Assembly (NCBI RefSeq): GCF_009914755.1
Contig: NC_060948.1
DNA: 64,000 bases
Reading direction: 5' to 3' (one strand)
Source: the human T2T-CHM13v2.0 reference genome, Homo sapiens
The notes under the pieces were generated by a model. The model saw nothing but the letters and a program-made list of their open reading frames with translations. It searched no databases and had not been told where the DNA came from. This document shows positions 45,401 through 59,200 of the stretch, one piece after another (within the stretch, counting starts at the first letter, position 1; the number at the start of each line of letters is the position of its first letter). The position numbers and the translations under genes were made by a program.

Positions 45401-47900
45401 AAGGGAAAAGACTGCAATGGAAAGGTCTCCAATGGAATGGAAATTAATGGAATGGAATGGAATCGAATGAAATGGAGTCAAAAGGAATGGAATCGAATGG
45501 CAAGAAATCGAATGTAATGGAATCGCAAGGAATGGATGTGAACGGAACGGAATGGAATGGAATCCAAAGGAATGGAATAGAATGGAATGGAATCGAATGG
45601 AAAGGACTCGAATGGAAATCACTCGAATAGAATGCAATTTAATAAAATAGGATCAAATGTAATGGAATGGAATGGAAAGGAATCGAAACGAAAGGAATGG
45701 AGACAGATGGAATGGAATGGAACAGAGAGCAATGGTATAGAATGGAATGGAATCATCTGGAATGGAATTGAATGGAATGGAATAATATGAAATGGAATGG
45801 AATGGAATGGAATGGAATGCCCTTGAATTAAATGGACCGGACTCGAACAGAGTGGAATGGAAAGTGTTGAGATAGAATGGAATGGACTCCTTTGGAATGG
45901 TGTAGTATGCAATGCAATCGACTGGCAGGGAATCAAAAGGAATGTAATGGAATGGATTGGACTGGAATGCAATGGACTCGAATAGATTGGAAACGGAATG
46001 CAAAGGAATAGAATGGAATAGTATGGAATGGAATGGAAAGGAATGGAGTGGAATAGACTAGAGTGGAATGGAATGGACTGGAAAGCAATGGACTGGAATG
46101 GAACTTTCTTGAATGGACTGGAATCAAACGGAATGGAATGCAATGCAATCAAATGGCATGGAATAAAATAGAATGAAAGAGAATCAAATGGAATTGAATC
46201 GAATGGAATCGAATGGATTGGAAAGGAATAGAATGGAATGGAATGGAATTGACTCAAATGGAATGGACTAGAATGGAATGGATTCGAATGGAAGGCAAAG
46301 GAATGGAATCTATTGGAATGGACTGTAATGGAATGGAATGGAAGGGATTGGAATGGACTCGAATGGAATGGACTGCAATAGAAAGGACTCGAATGGAATG
46401 AAAAAGAATTGAATGGAATAGAACAGAATGGAATCAAATCGAATGAAATGGAATGGAATAGAAAGGAATGGAATGAAATGGAATGGAAAGGATTCGAATG
46501 GAATGCAATCGAATGGAATGGAATCGAACGGAATGGAATAAAATGGAAGAAAACTGGCAAGAAATGGAATCGAAAGGAATGGAGTGTTATGGAACGGACT
46601 CAAAAGGAATTGAATGTAATAGAATGGAGTGGAGTGGACTCGAATATAATGGACTGGAATGGAATGAAATCACATGGAATGGGAACGAATGGAATGGAAT
46701 GGAAAGGAATGGAATCGAATGGAAAGGAATCGAATGGAAGGGAATGAAATTGAATCAACAGGAATGGAAGGGAATAGAATAGACGGTAATGGAATGGACT
46801 CGAATAGAATGGACACGAATGCTCAAATTGAATGGACTCGAATGGAATGGAAACGAAAGGAATGTCATCGAATGGAATTGAATAGATTGGAATGAAATGG
46901 CATAGAATGGAGTGGAATCAAATGGAATTGAATCGAAAGGAAAGGAAGCGAATGGACTGAAATGAAATGGAATGGAATTGAATGGAAAGTAATGCAATGG
47001 AATAGAATGGAACGAAATTTCACGGAATGGAATCAAACTGAATGGAATCAAATCAATGGAATCTAATCAAATGGAATGGAAAGGAATTGAATGGAATAGA
47101 TTGGATTGGATGGGATTGGAATGAAATGTACTGGAAAGGACTCGAATTTCATGAAACGGAATGGAATGAATTGGAACGGAGTGGACTCGAATGGAATGGA
47201 ATGTCATGGAATGGCATCAAATGGAATGGCATCAAATGGAATGGAATCGAATGCAATGGAATGCTATGGAATGGAATGGAATGCATTGGAATGGAATGTC
47301 CTCTAATGGAATGGAATCGAGTGGAATGGAATCGAATATAATGGAGTCGAATGAAATGGAATTGAAAGGAATGGGATCGAATACAATGGAATATACTGGA
47401 ATGTAATGTAATGAACTCGAATGTAATTGACTGGAATGGAATGTACATGAATGGAATGTAATCGAATGGAAAGTAATCCAATGGAATAGAATCTAATGCA
47501 ATAAAATCGACTCAGATAGAGTAGAATGTAATGGAATGGAGTGCAGTGCAATGCAATTGAATGGAATGGAATGCAATGGAATGCAATGGAATGGAATGGA
47601 ATGGAATGGAATGGAATGGAATGGGATGGAATGGTATGGAATGGATAGTAATGGACTGGAGTGAAATGGACTGGAAAGGAATGGACTCAAATTGAAAGGG
47701 CTCGAAAGGAATGGAGTCAAATGGAATGGTCTGGAATGGAATGAACACGAATGTAATGCAATCCAATAGAATGGAATCGAATGGCATGGAATATAAAGAA
47801 ATGGAATCGAAGAGAATGGAAACAAATGGAATGGAATTGAATGGAATGGGAACGAATGGAGTGAAATTGTATGCAGTAGAAGAGAATAGAATGGAATGCA
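33400..47900. repeat. Dimeric ~7071 bp higher-order repeat region (subtypes F/E interleaved with D)
   Basis: F marker gcaatgcaattgaat plus a 15-bp deletion at ~33410, ~40480 and ~47550. E markers gaaagcaatc (35071/42142), gattgcaaac (35391/42462) and deletions at ~35630/~42701, offset 7071. Confidence 0.75.
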
Positions 47901-50299
47901 AGCGAAAGGAAAGGAATGGATTGGAATGGAATGGAATTCATTGGAATGGAAGGGAATGTAGTGTAATGGACAGGCCTGGAATAAAGTGGAATGCTACGGT
48001 CTCGAATGGTATAAAAATGTATGGAATGGAATGCAATGAAACGGAATCGAATGTCATAGAATGTAATGGAATGCAAAAAAATGGAATCCAAAATCATTGA
48101 CTGGAAAGGCTGGGTGTCGAAAGGAATTGACTCCAATGGAATGGAATCGAATGGAATGGAAGTGAATAGAATCGAACTAAATCGAATGGAATGGAATTGA
48201 TAGGAACGGAATGGAAAGGAATGCAATGATTTGGCATGGAATGCAATCGAATGGCATCGAATGGAATGGAATGGAATGCAATGGAATGGAATATATTAGA
48301 ATGTAATGAACTTTAATGGAATGTACTCGAATGGATTCGACTGGAATGGAATGTTCTGGAAGTGAATGGACTCCAATGGAATGGATTCCAAAGGAATGGA
48401 ATCGTACGGAATGGAATCTAATGGAATGGAATTAAATGGAAATGAATCAAATTGAATAGCACGGAATTGAATTGAATGGAATGGAATGCAATGGAATCTA
48501 ATGAAACGGAAAGGAAAGGAATGGAATGGAATGGAATGGGCTGGAATGGAAAGGAATCGAAACGAATGGAATGGAATCGAACTGAAGAGACTGGAATGGA
48601 ATGCACTGGAATGGAAGGGAGTGTAATGGAAGGTTCTCGAAAAAAATGCAATCGAATGGAATGGAATTGAATGGAACGGAATAGAGTCGAATGGAATTGA
48701 ATGGAATGGAATGGACTAGAGTGAAATGGAATCGAACCACAAGGAATGGACAGGAATAGAATGGTCTCGAATTGAATGGAATCGTATGGAATGGCATCAA
48801 ACGGAATGGAATGGACAGCCACGGAATGGAATGCACTCGAATGCAATGGAGTCGAAACTAATGGACTGGAATAGAATGGACTCGACTGGTACGGACTCCA
48901 ATGGAATGGAATCGAATGGAAGGGAATCGAACGGAATGGACTCGAAGGGAAAAGACTGCAATGGAAAGGTCTCCAATGGAATGGAAATTAATGGAATGGA
49001 ATGGAATCGAATGAAATGGAGTCAAAAGGAATGGAATCGAATGGCAAGAAATCGAATGTAATGGAATCGCAAGGAATGGATGTGAACGGAACGGAATGGA
49101 ATGGAATCCAAAGGAATGGAATAGAATGGAATGGAATCGAATGGAAAGGACTCGAATGGAAATCACTCGAATAGAATGCAATTTAATAAAATAGGATCAA
49201 ATGTAATGGAATGGAATGGAAAGGAATCGAAACGAAAGGAATGGAGACAGATGGAATGGAATGGAACAGAGAGCAATGGTATAGAATGGAATGGAATCAT
49301 CTGGAATGGAATTGAATGGAATGGAATAATATGAAATGGAATGGAATGGAATGGAATGGAATGCCCTTGAATTAAATGGACCGAACTCGAACAGAGTGGA
49401 ATGGAAAGTGTTGAGATAGAATGGAATGGACTCCTTTGGAATGGTGTAGTATGCAATGCAATCGACTGGCAGGGAATCAAAAGGAATGTAATGGAATGGA
49501 TTGGACTGGAATGCAATGGACTCGAATAGATTGGAAACGGAATGCAAAGGAATAGAATGGAATAGTATGGAATGGAATGGAAAGGAATGGAGTGGAATAG
49601 ACTAGAGTGGAATGGAATGGACTGGAAAGCAATGGACTGGAATGGAACTTTCTTGAATGGACTGGAATCAAACGGAATGGAATGCAATGCAATCAAATGG
49701 CATGGAATAAAATAGAATGAAAGAGAATCAAATGGAATTGAATCGAATGGAATCGAATGGATTGGAAAGGAATAGAATGGAATGGAATGGAATTGACTCA
49801 AATGGAATGGACTAGAATGGAATGGATTCGAATGGAAGGCAAAGGAATGGAATCTATTGGAATGGACTGTAATGGAATGGAATGGAAGGGATTGGAATGG
49901 ACTCGAATGGAATGGACTGCAATAGAAAGGACTCGAATGGAATGAAAAAGAATTGAATGGAATAGAACAGAATGGAATCAAATCGAATGAAATGGAATGG
50001 AATAGAAAGGAATGGAATGAAATGGAATGGAAAGGATTCGAATGGAATGCAATCGAATGGAATGGAATCGAACGGAATGGAATAAAATGGAAGAAAACTG
50101 GCAAGAAATGGAATCGAAAGGAATGGAGTGTTATGGAACGGACTCAAAAGGAATTGAATGTAATAGAATGGAGTGGAGTGGACTCGAATATAATGGACTG
50201 GAATGGAATGAAATCACATGGAATGGGAACGAATGGAATGGAATGGAAAGGAATGGAATCGAATGGAAAGGAATCGAATGGAAGGGAATGAAATTGAAT

Positions 50300-53200
50300 C
50301 AACAGGAATGGAAGGGAGTAGAATAGACGGTAATGGAATGGACTCGAATAGAATGGACACGAATGCTCAAATTGAATGGACTCGAATGGAATGGAAACGA
50401 AAGGAATGTCATCGAATGGAATTGAATCGATTGGAATGAAATCACATAGAATGGAGTGGAATCAAATAGAATTGAATCGAAAGGAAAGGAAGCGAATGGA
50501 CTGAAATGAAATGGAATGGAATTGAATGGAAATTAATGCAATGGAATAGAATGGAACGAAATTTCACGGAATGGAATCAAACTGAATGGAATCAAATCAA
50601 TGGAATATAATCAAATGGAATGGAAAGGAATTGAATGGAGTAGATTGGATTGGATGGGATTGGAATGAAATGTACTGGAAAGGACTCGAATTTCATGAAA
50701 CGGAATGGAATGAATTGGAACGGAATGGACTCGAATGGAATGGAATGTCACGGAATGGCATCAAATGGAATGGCATCAAATGGAATGGAATAGAATGCAA
50801 TGGAATGCTATGGATTGGAATGGAATGCATTGGAATGGAATGTCCTCTAATGGAATGGATTCGAGTGGAATGGAATCGAATATAATGGAGTCGAATGAAA
50901 TGGAATTGAAAGGAATGGGATTGAATACCATGTAATATACTGGAATGTAATGTAATGAACTCGAATGTAATTGACTGGAATGGAATGTACATGAATGGAA
51001 TGTAATCGAATGGAAAGTAATCCAATGGAATAGAATCTAATGCAATAAAATCGACTCAAATAGAATAGAATGTAATGGAATGGAGTGCAGTGCAATGGAA
51101 TGGAATGGAATGGAATGCAATGGAATGGAATGGAATGGAATGGAATGGAATGGAATGGAATGGGATGGAATGGTATGGAATGGATAGTAATGGACTGGAG
51201 TGAAATGGACTGGAAAAGAATGGACTCAAATTGAAAGGGCTCGAAAGGAATGGAGTCAAATGGAATGGTCTGGAATGGAATGAATACGAATGTAATGCAA
51301 TCCAATAGAATGGAATCGAATGGTATGGAATATAAAGAATTGGAATCGAAGAGAATGGAAACAAATGGAATGGAATTGAATGGAATGGAATTGAATGGAA
51401 TGGGAACGAATGGAGTGAAATTGTATGCAGTAGAAGAGAATAGAATGGAATGCAAGCGAAAGGAAAGGAATGGATTGGAATGGAATGGAATTCATTGGAA
51501 TGGAAGGGAATGTAGTGTAATGGACAGGCCTGGAATAAAGTGGAATGCTACGGTCTCGAATGGAATAAAAATATATGGAATAGAATGCAATGAAACGGAA
51601 TCGAATGTCATAGAATGTAATGGAATGCAAAAAAATGGACTCCAAAATCATTGACTGGAAAGGCTGGGTGTCGAAAGGAATTGCCTCCAATGGAATGGAA
51701 TCGAATGGAATGGAAGTGAATAGAATGGAACTAAATCGAATGGAATGGAATTGATAGGAACGGAATGGAAAGGAATGCAATGATTTGGCATGGAATGGAA
51801 TCGAATGGCATCGAATGGAATGGAATGGAATGCAATGGAATGGAATGTATTAGAATGTAATGAACTTTAATGGAATGTACTCGAATGGATTCGACTGGAA
51901 TGGAATGTTCTCGAAGTGAATGGACTCCAATGGAATGGATTCGAAAGGAATGGAATCTAATGGAATGGAATTAAATGGAAATGAATCAAATTGAATAGAA
52001 CGGAATGGAATGGAATGGAATCGAATGCAATGGAATCTAATGAAACGGAAAGGAAAGGAATGGAATGGAATGGAATGGGCTGGAATTGAATGGAATCGAA
52101 ACGAATGGAATGGAGTCGAACTGAAGAGACTGAAATGGAATGCACTGGAATGGAAGGGAGTGTAATGGAAGGTTCTCGAAAAAAATGGAATCGAAAGGAA
52201 TGGAATTGAATGGAACGGAATAGAGTCGAATGGAATTGAATGGAATGGAATGGACTAGAGTGAAATGGAATCGAACCACAAGGAATGGACAGGAATAGAA
52301 TGGTCTCGAATTGAATGGAATCGTATGGAATGGCATCAAACGGAATGGAATGGACAGCCACGGAATGGAATGCACTCGAATGCAATGGAGTCGACACTAA
52401 TGGACTGGAATAGAATGGACTCGACTGGTACGGACTCCAATGGAATGGAATCGAATGGAAGGGAATGGAACGGAATGGACTCGAAGGGAAAAGACTGCAA
52501 TGGAAAGGTCTCGAATGGAATGGAAATTAATGGAATGGAATGGAATCGAATGAAATGGAGTCAAAAGGAATGGAATCGAATGGCAAGAAATCGAATGTAA
52601 TGGAATCGCAAGGAATTGATGTGAACGGAACGGAATGGAATGGAATCCAAAGGAATGGAATAGAATGGAATGGAATCGAATGGAAAGGACTCGAATGGAA
52701 ATCACTCGAATAGAATGCAATTTAATAAAATAGGATCAAATGTAATGGAATGGAATGGAAAGGAATCGAAACGAAAGGAATGGAGACAGATGGAATGGAA
52801 TGGAACAGAGAGCAATGGTATAGAATGGAATGGAATCATCTGGAATGGAATTGAATGGAATGGAATAATATGAAATGGAATGGAATGGAATGGAATGCCC
52901 TTGAATTAAATGGACTGGAATGGAATGGACTCAAAGAGAGTGGAATGGAAAGTGTTGAAATAGAATGGAATGGACTCGTTTGGAATGGTCTAGTATGCAA
53001 TGCAATCGACTGGCAGGGAATCAAGAGGAATGTAATCGAATGGATTGGACTGGAATGCAATGGACTCGAATAGATTGGAAACGGAATGCAAAGGAATGGA
53101 ATGGAATAGTATGGAATGGAATGAAAGGAATGGAGTGGAATAGACTAGAGTGGAATGGAATGGACTCGAAAGCAATGGACTGGAATGGAACTTTCTTGAA

Positions 53201-56200
53201 TGGACTGGAATCAAACGGAATGGAATGCAATGCAATCAAATGGCATGGAATAAAATAGAATGAAAGAGAATCAAATGGAATTGAATCGAATGGAATCGAA
53301 TGGATTGGAAAGGAATAGAATGGAATGGAATGGAATTGACTCAAATGGAATGGACTAGAATGGAATGGATTCGAATGGAAGGCAAAGGAATGGAATCTAT
53401 TGGAATGGACTGTAATGGAATGGAATGGAAGGGATTGGAATGGACTCGAATGGAATGGACTGCAATAGAAAGGATTCGAATGGAATGAAAAAGAATTGAA
53501 TGGAATAGAACAGAATGGAATCAAATCGAATGAAATGGAATGGAAGAGAAAGGAATGGAATGAAATGGAATGGAAAGGATTCGAATGGAATGCAATCGAA
53601 TGGAATGCAATCGAATGGAATGGAATCGAACGGAATGGAATAAAATGGAAGAAAACTGGCAAGAAATGGAATCGAAATGAATGGAGTGTTATGGAACGGA
53701 CTCAAAAGGAATTGAATGTAATAGAATGGAGTGGAGTGGACTCGAATATAATGGACTGGAATGGAATGAAATCACATGGAATGGGAACGAATGGAATGGA
53801 ATGGAAAGGAATGGAATGGAAAGGAATGGAATCGAATGGAAAGGAATCGAATGGAAGGGAATGAAATTGAATCAACAGGAATGGAAGGAAGTAGAATAGA
53901 CGGTAATGGAATGGACTCGAATAGAATGGACACGAATGCTCAAATTGAATGGACTCGAATGGAATGGAAACGAAAGGAATGTCGTCGAATGGAATTGAAT
54001 CGATTGGAATGAAATCGCATAGAATGCAGTGGAATCAAATGGAATTGAATCGAAAGGAAAGGAAGCGAATGGTCTGAAATGAAATGGAATGGAATTGAAT
54101 GGAAAGTAATGCAAGGGAATAGAATGGAACGAAATTTCACGGAATGGAATCAAACTGAATGGAATCAAATCAATGGAATATAATCAAATGGCATGGAAAG
54201 GAATTGAATGGAGTAGATTGGATTGGATGGGATTGGAATGAAATGTACTGGAAAGGACTCGAATTTCATGAAATGGAATGGAATGAACTGGAACGGAATG
54301 GACTCGAATGGAATGGAATGTCATGGAATGGCATCAAATGGAATGGCATCAAATGGAATGGAATCGAATGCAATGGAATGTTATGGAATGGAATGGAATG
54401 CATTGGAATGGAATGTCCCCTAATGGAATGGATTCGAGTGGAATGGAATCGAATATAATGGAGTCGAATGAAATGGAATTGAAAGGAAAAGGATCGAATA
54501 CAATGGAATATACTGGAATGTAATGTAATGAACTCGAATGTAATTGACTAGAATGGAATGTACATGAATGGAATGTAATCGAATGGAAAATAATCTCATG
54601 GAATAGAATCTAATGCAATAAAATCGACTCAAATAGAATAGAATGGAATGGAATGGAGTGCAGTGCAATGGAATGGAATGGAATGGAATGCAATGGAATG
54701 GAATGGAATGGGATGGAATGGTATGGGATGGATAGAAATGGACTGGAGTGAAATGGACTGGAAAGTAATGGACTCAAATTGAAAGACCTCGAAAGAATGG
54801 AGTCAAATGGAATGGTCTGGAATGGAATGAACACGAATGTAATGCAATCCAATAGAATGGAATCGAATGGCATGGAATATAAAGAAATGGAATCGAAGAG
54901 AATGGAAACGAATGGAATGGAATTGAATGGAATGGAATTGAATGGAATGGGAACGAATGGAGTGAAATTGTATGCAGTAGAAGAGAATAGAATGGAATGC
55001 AAGCGAAATTAAAGGAATGGATTGGAATGGAATGGATTTCATTGGAATGGAAGGGAATGTATTGCAATGGACAGGCCTTTAATAAAGTGGAATGCTACGG
55101 TCTCGAATGGAATAAAAATGTATGGAATGGAATTCAATGAAACGGAATCGAATGTCATAGAATGTAATGGAATGCAAAAAAATGGAATCCAAAATCATTG
55201 ACTGGAAAGGCTGGGTGTCGAAAGGAATTGACTCCAATGGAATGAAATCGAATGGAATGGAAGTGAATAGAATCGAAGTAAATCGAATGGAATGGAATTG
55301 TTAGGAACGGAATGGAAAGGAGTGCAATGATTTGGCATGGAATGGAATCGAATGGCATTGAATGGAGTGGAATGGAATGCAATGGAATGGAATGTATTAG
55401 AATGTAATGAACATTAATGGAATGTACTCGAATGGATTCGACTGGAATGGAATGTTCTGGAAGTGAATGGACTCCAATGGAATGGATTCGAAAGGAATGG
55501 AATCTAATGGAATGGAATTAAATGGAAACGAATCAAATTGAATAGCACGGAATTGAATTGAATGGAATCGAATGCAATGGAATCTAATGAAATGGAAAGG
55601 AAAGGAATGGAATGGAATGGAATGGGCTGGAGTTGAATGGAATCGATACGAATGGAATGGAATAGAACTGAAGAGACTGGAATGGAATTCACTGGAATGG
55701 AAGGGAGTGTAATGGAAGGATCTCGAAAAAAATGGAATCGAATGGAATGGAATTGAATGGAACGGAATAGAGTCGAATTGAATTCAATGGAATTGAATGG
55801 ACTAGAGTGAAATGGAATCGAACCACAAGGAATGGAGAGGAATAGAATGGTCTCGAATTGAATGGAATCGTATGGAATGACATCAAACGGAATGGAATGG
55901 ACAGCCACGGAATGGAATGCACTCGAATGCAATGGAGTCGAAACTAATGGACTGGAATAGAATGGACTCGACTGGTACGGACTCCAATGGAATGGAATCG
56001 AAAGGAAGGGAATCGAACGGAATGGACTCGAAGGGAAAAGACTGCAATGGAAAGGTCTCGAATGGAATGGAAATTAATGGAATGGAATGGAATCGAATGA
56101 AATGGAGTCAAAAGGAATGGAATCGAATGGCAAGAAATCGAATGTAATGGAATCGCAAGGAATTGATGTGAACGGAACGGAATGGAATGGAATCCAAAGG

Positions 56201-59200
56201 AATGGAATAGAATGGAATGGAATCGAATGGAAAGGACTCGAATGGAAATCACTCGAATAGAATGCAATTTAATAAAATAGGATCAAATGTAATGGAATGG
56301 AATGGAAAGGAATCGAAACGAAAGGAATGGAGACAGATGGAATGGAATGGAACAGAGAGCAATGGTATAGAATGGAATGGAATCATCTGGAATGGAATTG
56401 AATGGAATGGAATAACATGAAATGGAATGGAATGGAATGGAATGCCCTTGAATTAAATGGACTGGAATGGAATGGACTCGAACAGAGTGTAATGGAAAGT
56501 GTTGAAATAGAATGGAATGGACTCCTTTGGAATGGTCTAGTATGCAATGCAATCGACTGGCAGGGAATCAAAAGGAATGTAATGGAATGGATTGGACTGG
56601 AATGCAATGGACTCGAATAGATTGGAAACGGAATGCAAAGGAATGGAATGGAATAGTATGGAATGGAATGGAAAGGAATGGAGTGGAATAGACTAGAGTG
56701 GAATGGAATGGACTGGAAAGCAATGGACTGGAATGGAACTTTCTTGAATGGACTGGAATCAAACGGAATGGAATGCAATGCAATCAAATGGCATGGAATA
56801 AAATGGAATGAAAGGGAATCAAATGGAATTGAATCGAATGGAATCGAATGGATTGGAAAGGAATAGAATGGAATGGAATGGAATTGACACAAATGGAATG
56901 GACTAGAATGGAATAGATTCGAATGGAAGGCAAAGGAATGGAATCTATTGGAATGGACTGTAATGGAATGGAATGGAAGGGATTGGAATGGACTCGAATG
57001 GAATGGACTGCAATAGAAAGGATTCGAATGGAATGAAAAAGAATTGAATGGAATAGAACAGAATGGAATCAAATCGAATGAAATGGAATGGAATAGAAAG
57101 GAATGGAATGAAATGGAATGGAAAGGATTCGAATGGAATGCAATCGAATGGAATGGAATCGAACGGAATGGAATAAAATGGAAGAAAACTGGCAAGAAAT
57201 GGAATCGAAATGAATGGAGTGTTATGGAACGGACTCAAAAGGAATTGAATGTAATAGAATGGAGTGGAGTGGACTCGAATATAATGGACTGGAATGGAAT
57301 GAAATCACATGGAATGGGAACGAATGGAATGGAATGGAAAGGAATGGAATCGAATGGAAAGGAATCGAATGGAAGGGAATGAAATTGAATCAACAGGAAT
57401 GGAAGGGAATAGAATAGACGGTAATGGAATGGACTCGAATAGAATGGACACGAATGCTCAAATTGAATGGACTCGAATGGAATGGAAACGAAAGGAATGT
57501 CATCGAATGGAATTGAATCGATTGGAATGAAATCGCATAGAATGGAGTGGAATCAAATGGAATTGAATCGAAAGGAAAGGAAGCGAATGGACTGAAATGA
57601 AATGGAATGGAATTGAATGGAAAGTAATGCAATGGAATAGAATGGAACGAAATTTCACGGAATGGAATCAAATCAATGGAATCAAATCAAATGGAATGGA
57701 AAGGAATAGAATGGAGTAGATTGGATTGGATGGGATTGGAATGAAATGTACTGGAAAGGACTCGAATTTCATGAAACGGAATGGAATGAATTGGAACGGA
57801 ATGGACTCGAATGGAATGGAATGTCATGGAATGGCATCAAATGGAATGGCATCAAATGGAATGGAATCGAATGCAATGGAATGCTATGGAATGGAATGGA
57901 ATGCACTGGAATGGAATGTCCTCTAATGGAATGGATTCGAGTGGAATGGAATCGAATATAATGGAGTCAAATGAAATGGAATTGAAAGGAATGGGATCGA
58001 ATACAATGGAATATACTGGAATGTAATGTAATGAACTCGAATGTAATTGACTGGAATGGAATGTACATGAATGGAATGTAATCGAATGGAAAGTAATCCA
58101 ATGGAATAGAATCTAATGCAATAAAATCGACTCAGATAGAGTAGAATGTAATGGAATGGAGTGCAGTGCAATGGAATGGAACGGAATGGAATGGAATGCA
58201 ATGGAATGGAATGGAATGGAATGGAATGGGATGGAATGGGATGGAATGGTATGGAATGGATAGTAATGGACTGGAGTGAAATGGACTGGAAAGGAATGGA
58301 CTCAAATTGAAAGGGCTCGAAAGGAATGGAGTCAAATGGAATGGTCTGGAATGGAATGAACACGAATGTAATGCAATCCAATAGAATGGAATCGAATGGC
58401 ATGGAATATAAAGAAATGGAATCGAAGAGAATGGAAACAAATGGAATGGAATTGAATGGAATGGAATTGAATGGAATGGGAACGAACTGAGTGAAATTGT
58501 ATGCAGTAGAAGGGAATAGAATGGAATGCAAGCGAAAGTAAAGGAATGGATTGGAATGGAATGGAATTCATTGGAATGGAAGGGAATGTAGTGTAATGGA
58601 CAGGCCTGGAATAAAGTGGAATGCTACGGTCTCGAATGGAATAAAAATGTATGGAATGGAATGCAATGAAACGGAATCGAATGTCATAGAATGTAATGGA
58701 ATGCAAAAAAATGGAATCCAAAATCATTGACTGGAAAGGCTGGGTGTCGAAAGGAATTGACTCCAATGGAATGGAATCAAATGGAATGGAAGTGAATAGA
58801 ATCGAACTAAATCGAATGGAATGGAATTGATAGGAACGGAATGGAAAGGAATGCAATGATTTGGCATGGAATGGAATCGAATGGCATCGAATGGAATGGA
58901 ATGGAATGCAATGGAATGGAATGTATTAGAATGTAATGAACTTTAATGGAATGTACTCGAATGGATTCGACTGGAATGGAATGTTCTGGAAGTGAATGGA
59001 CTCCAATGGAATGGATTCAAAAGGAATGGAATCGTACGGAATGGAATCTAATGGAATGGAATTAAATGGAAAAGAATCAAATTGAATAGCACGGAATTGA
59101 ATTGAATGGAATCGAATGCAATGGAATCTAATGAAACGGAAAGGAAAGGAATGGAATGGAATGGAATGGGCTGGAATGGAAAGGAATCGAAACGAATGGA

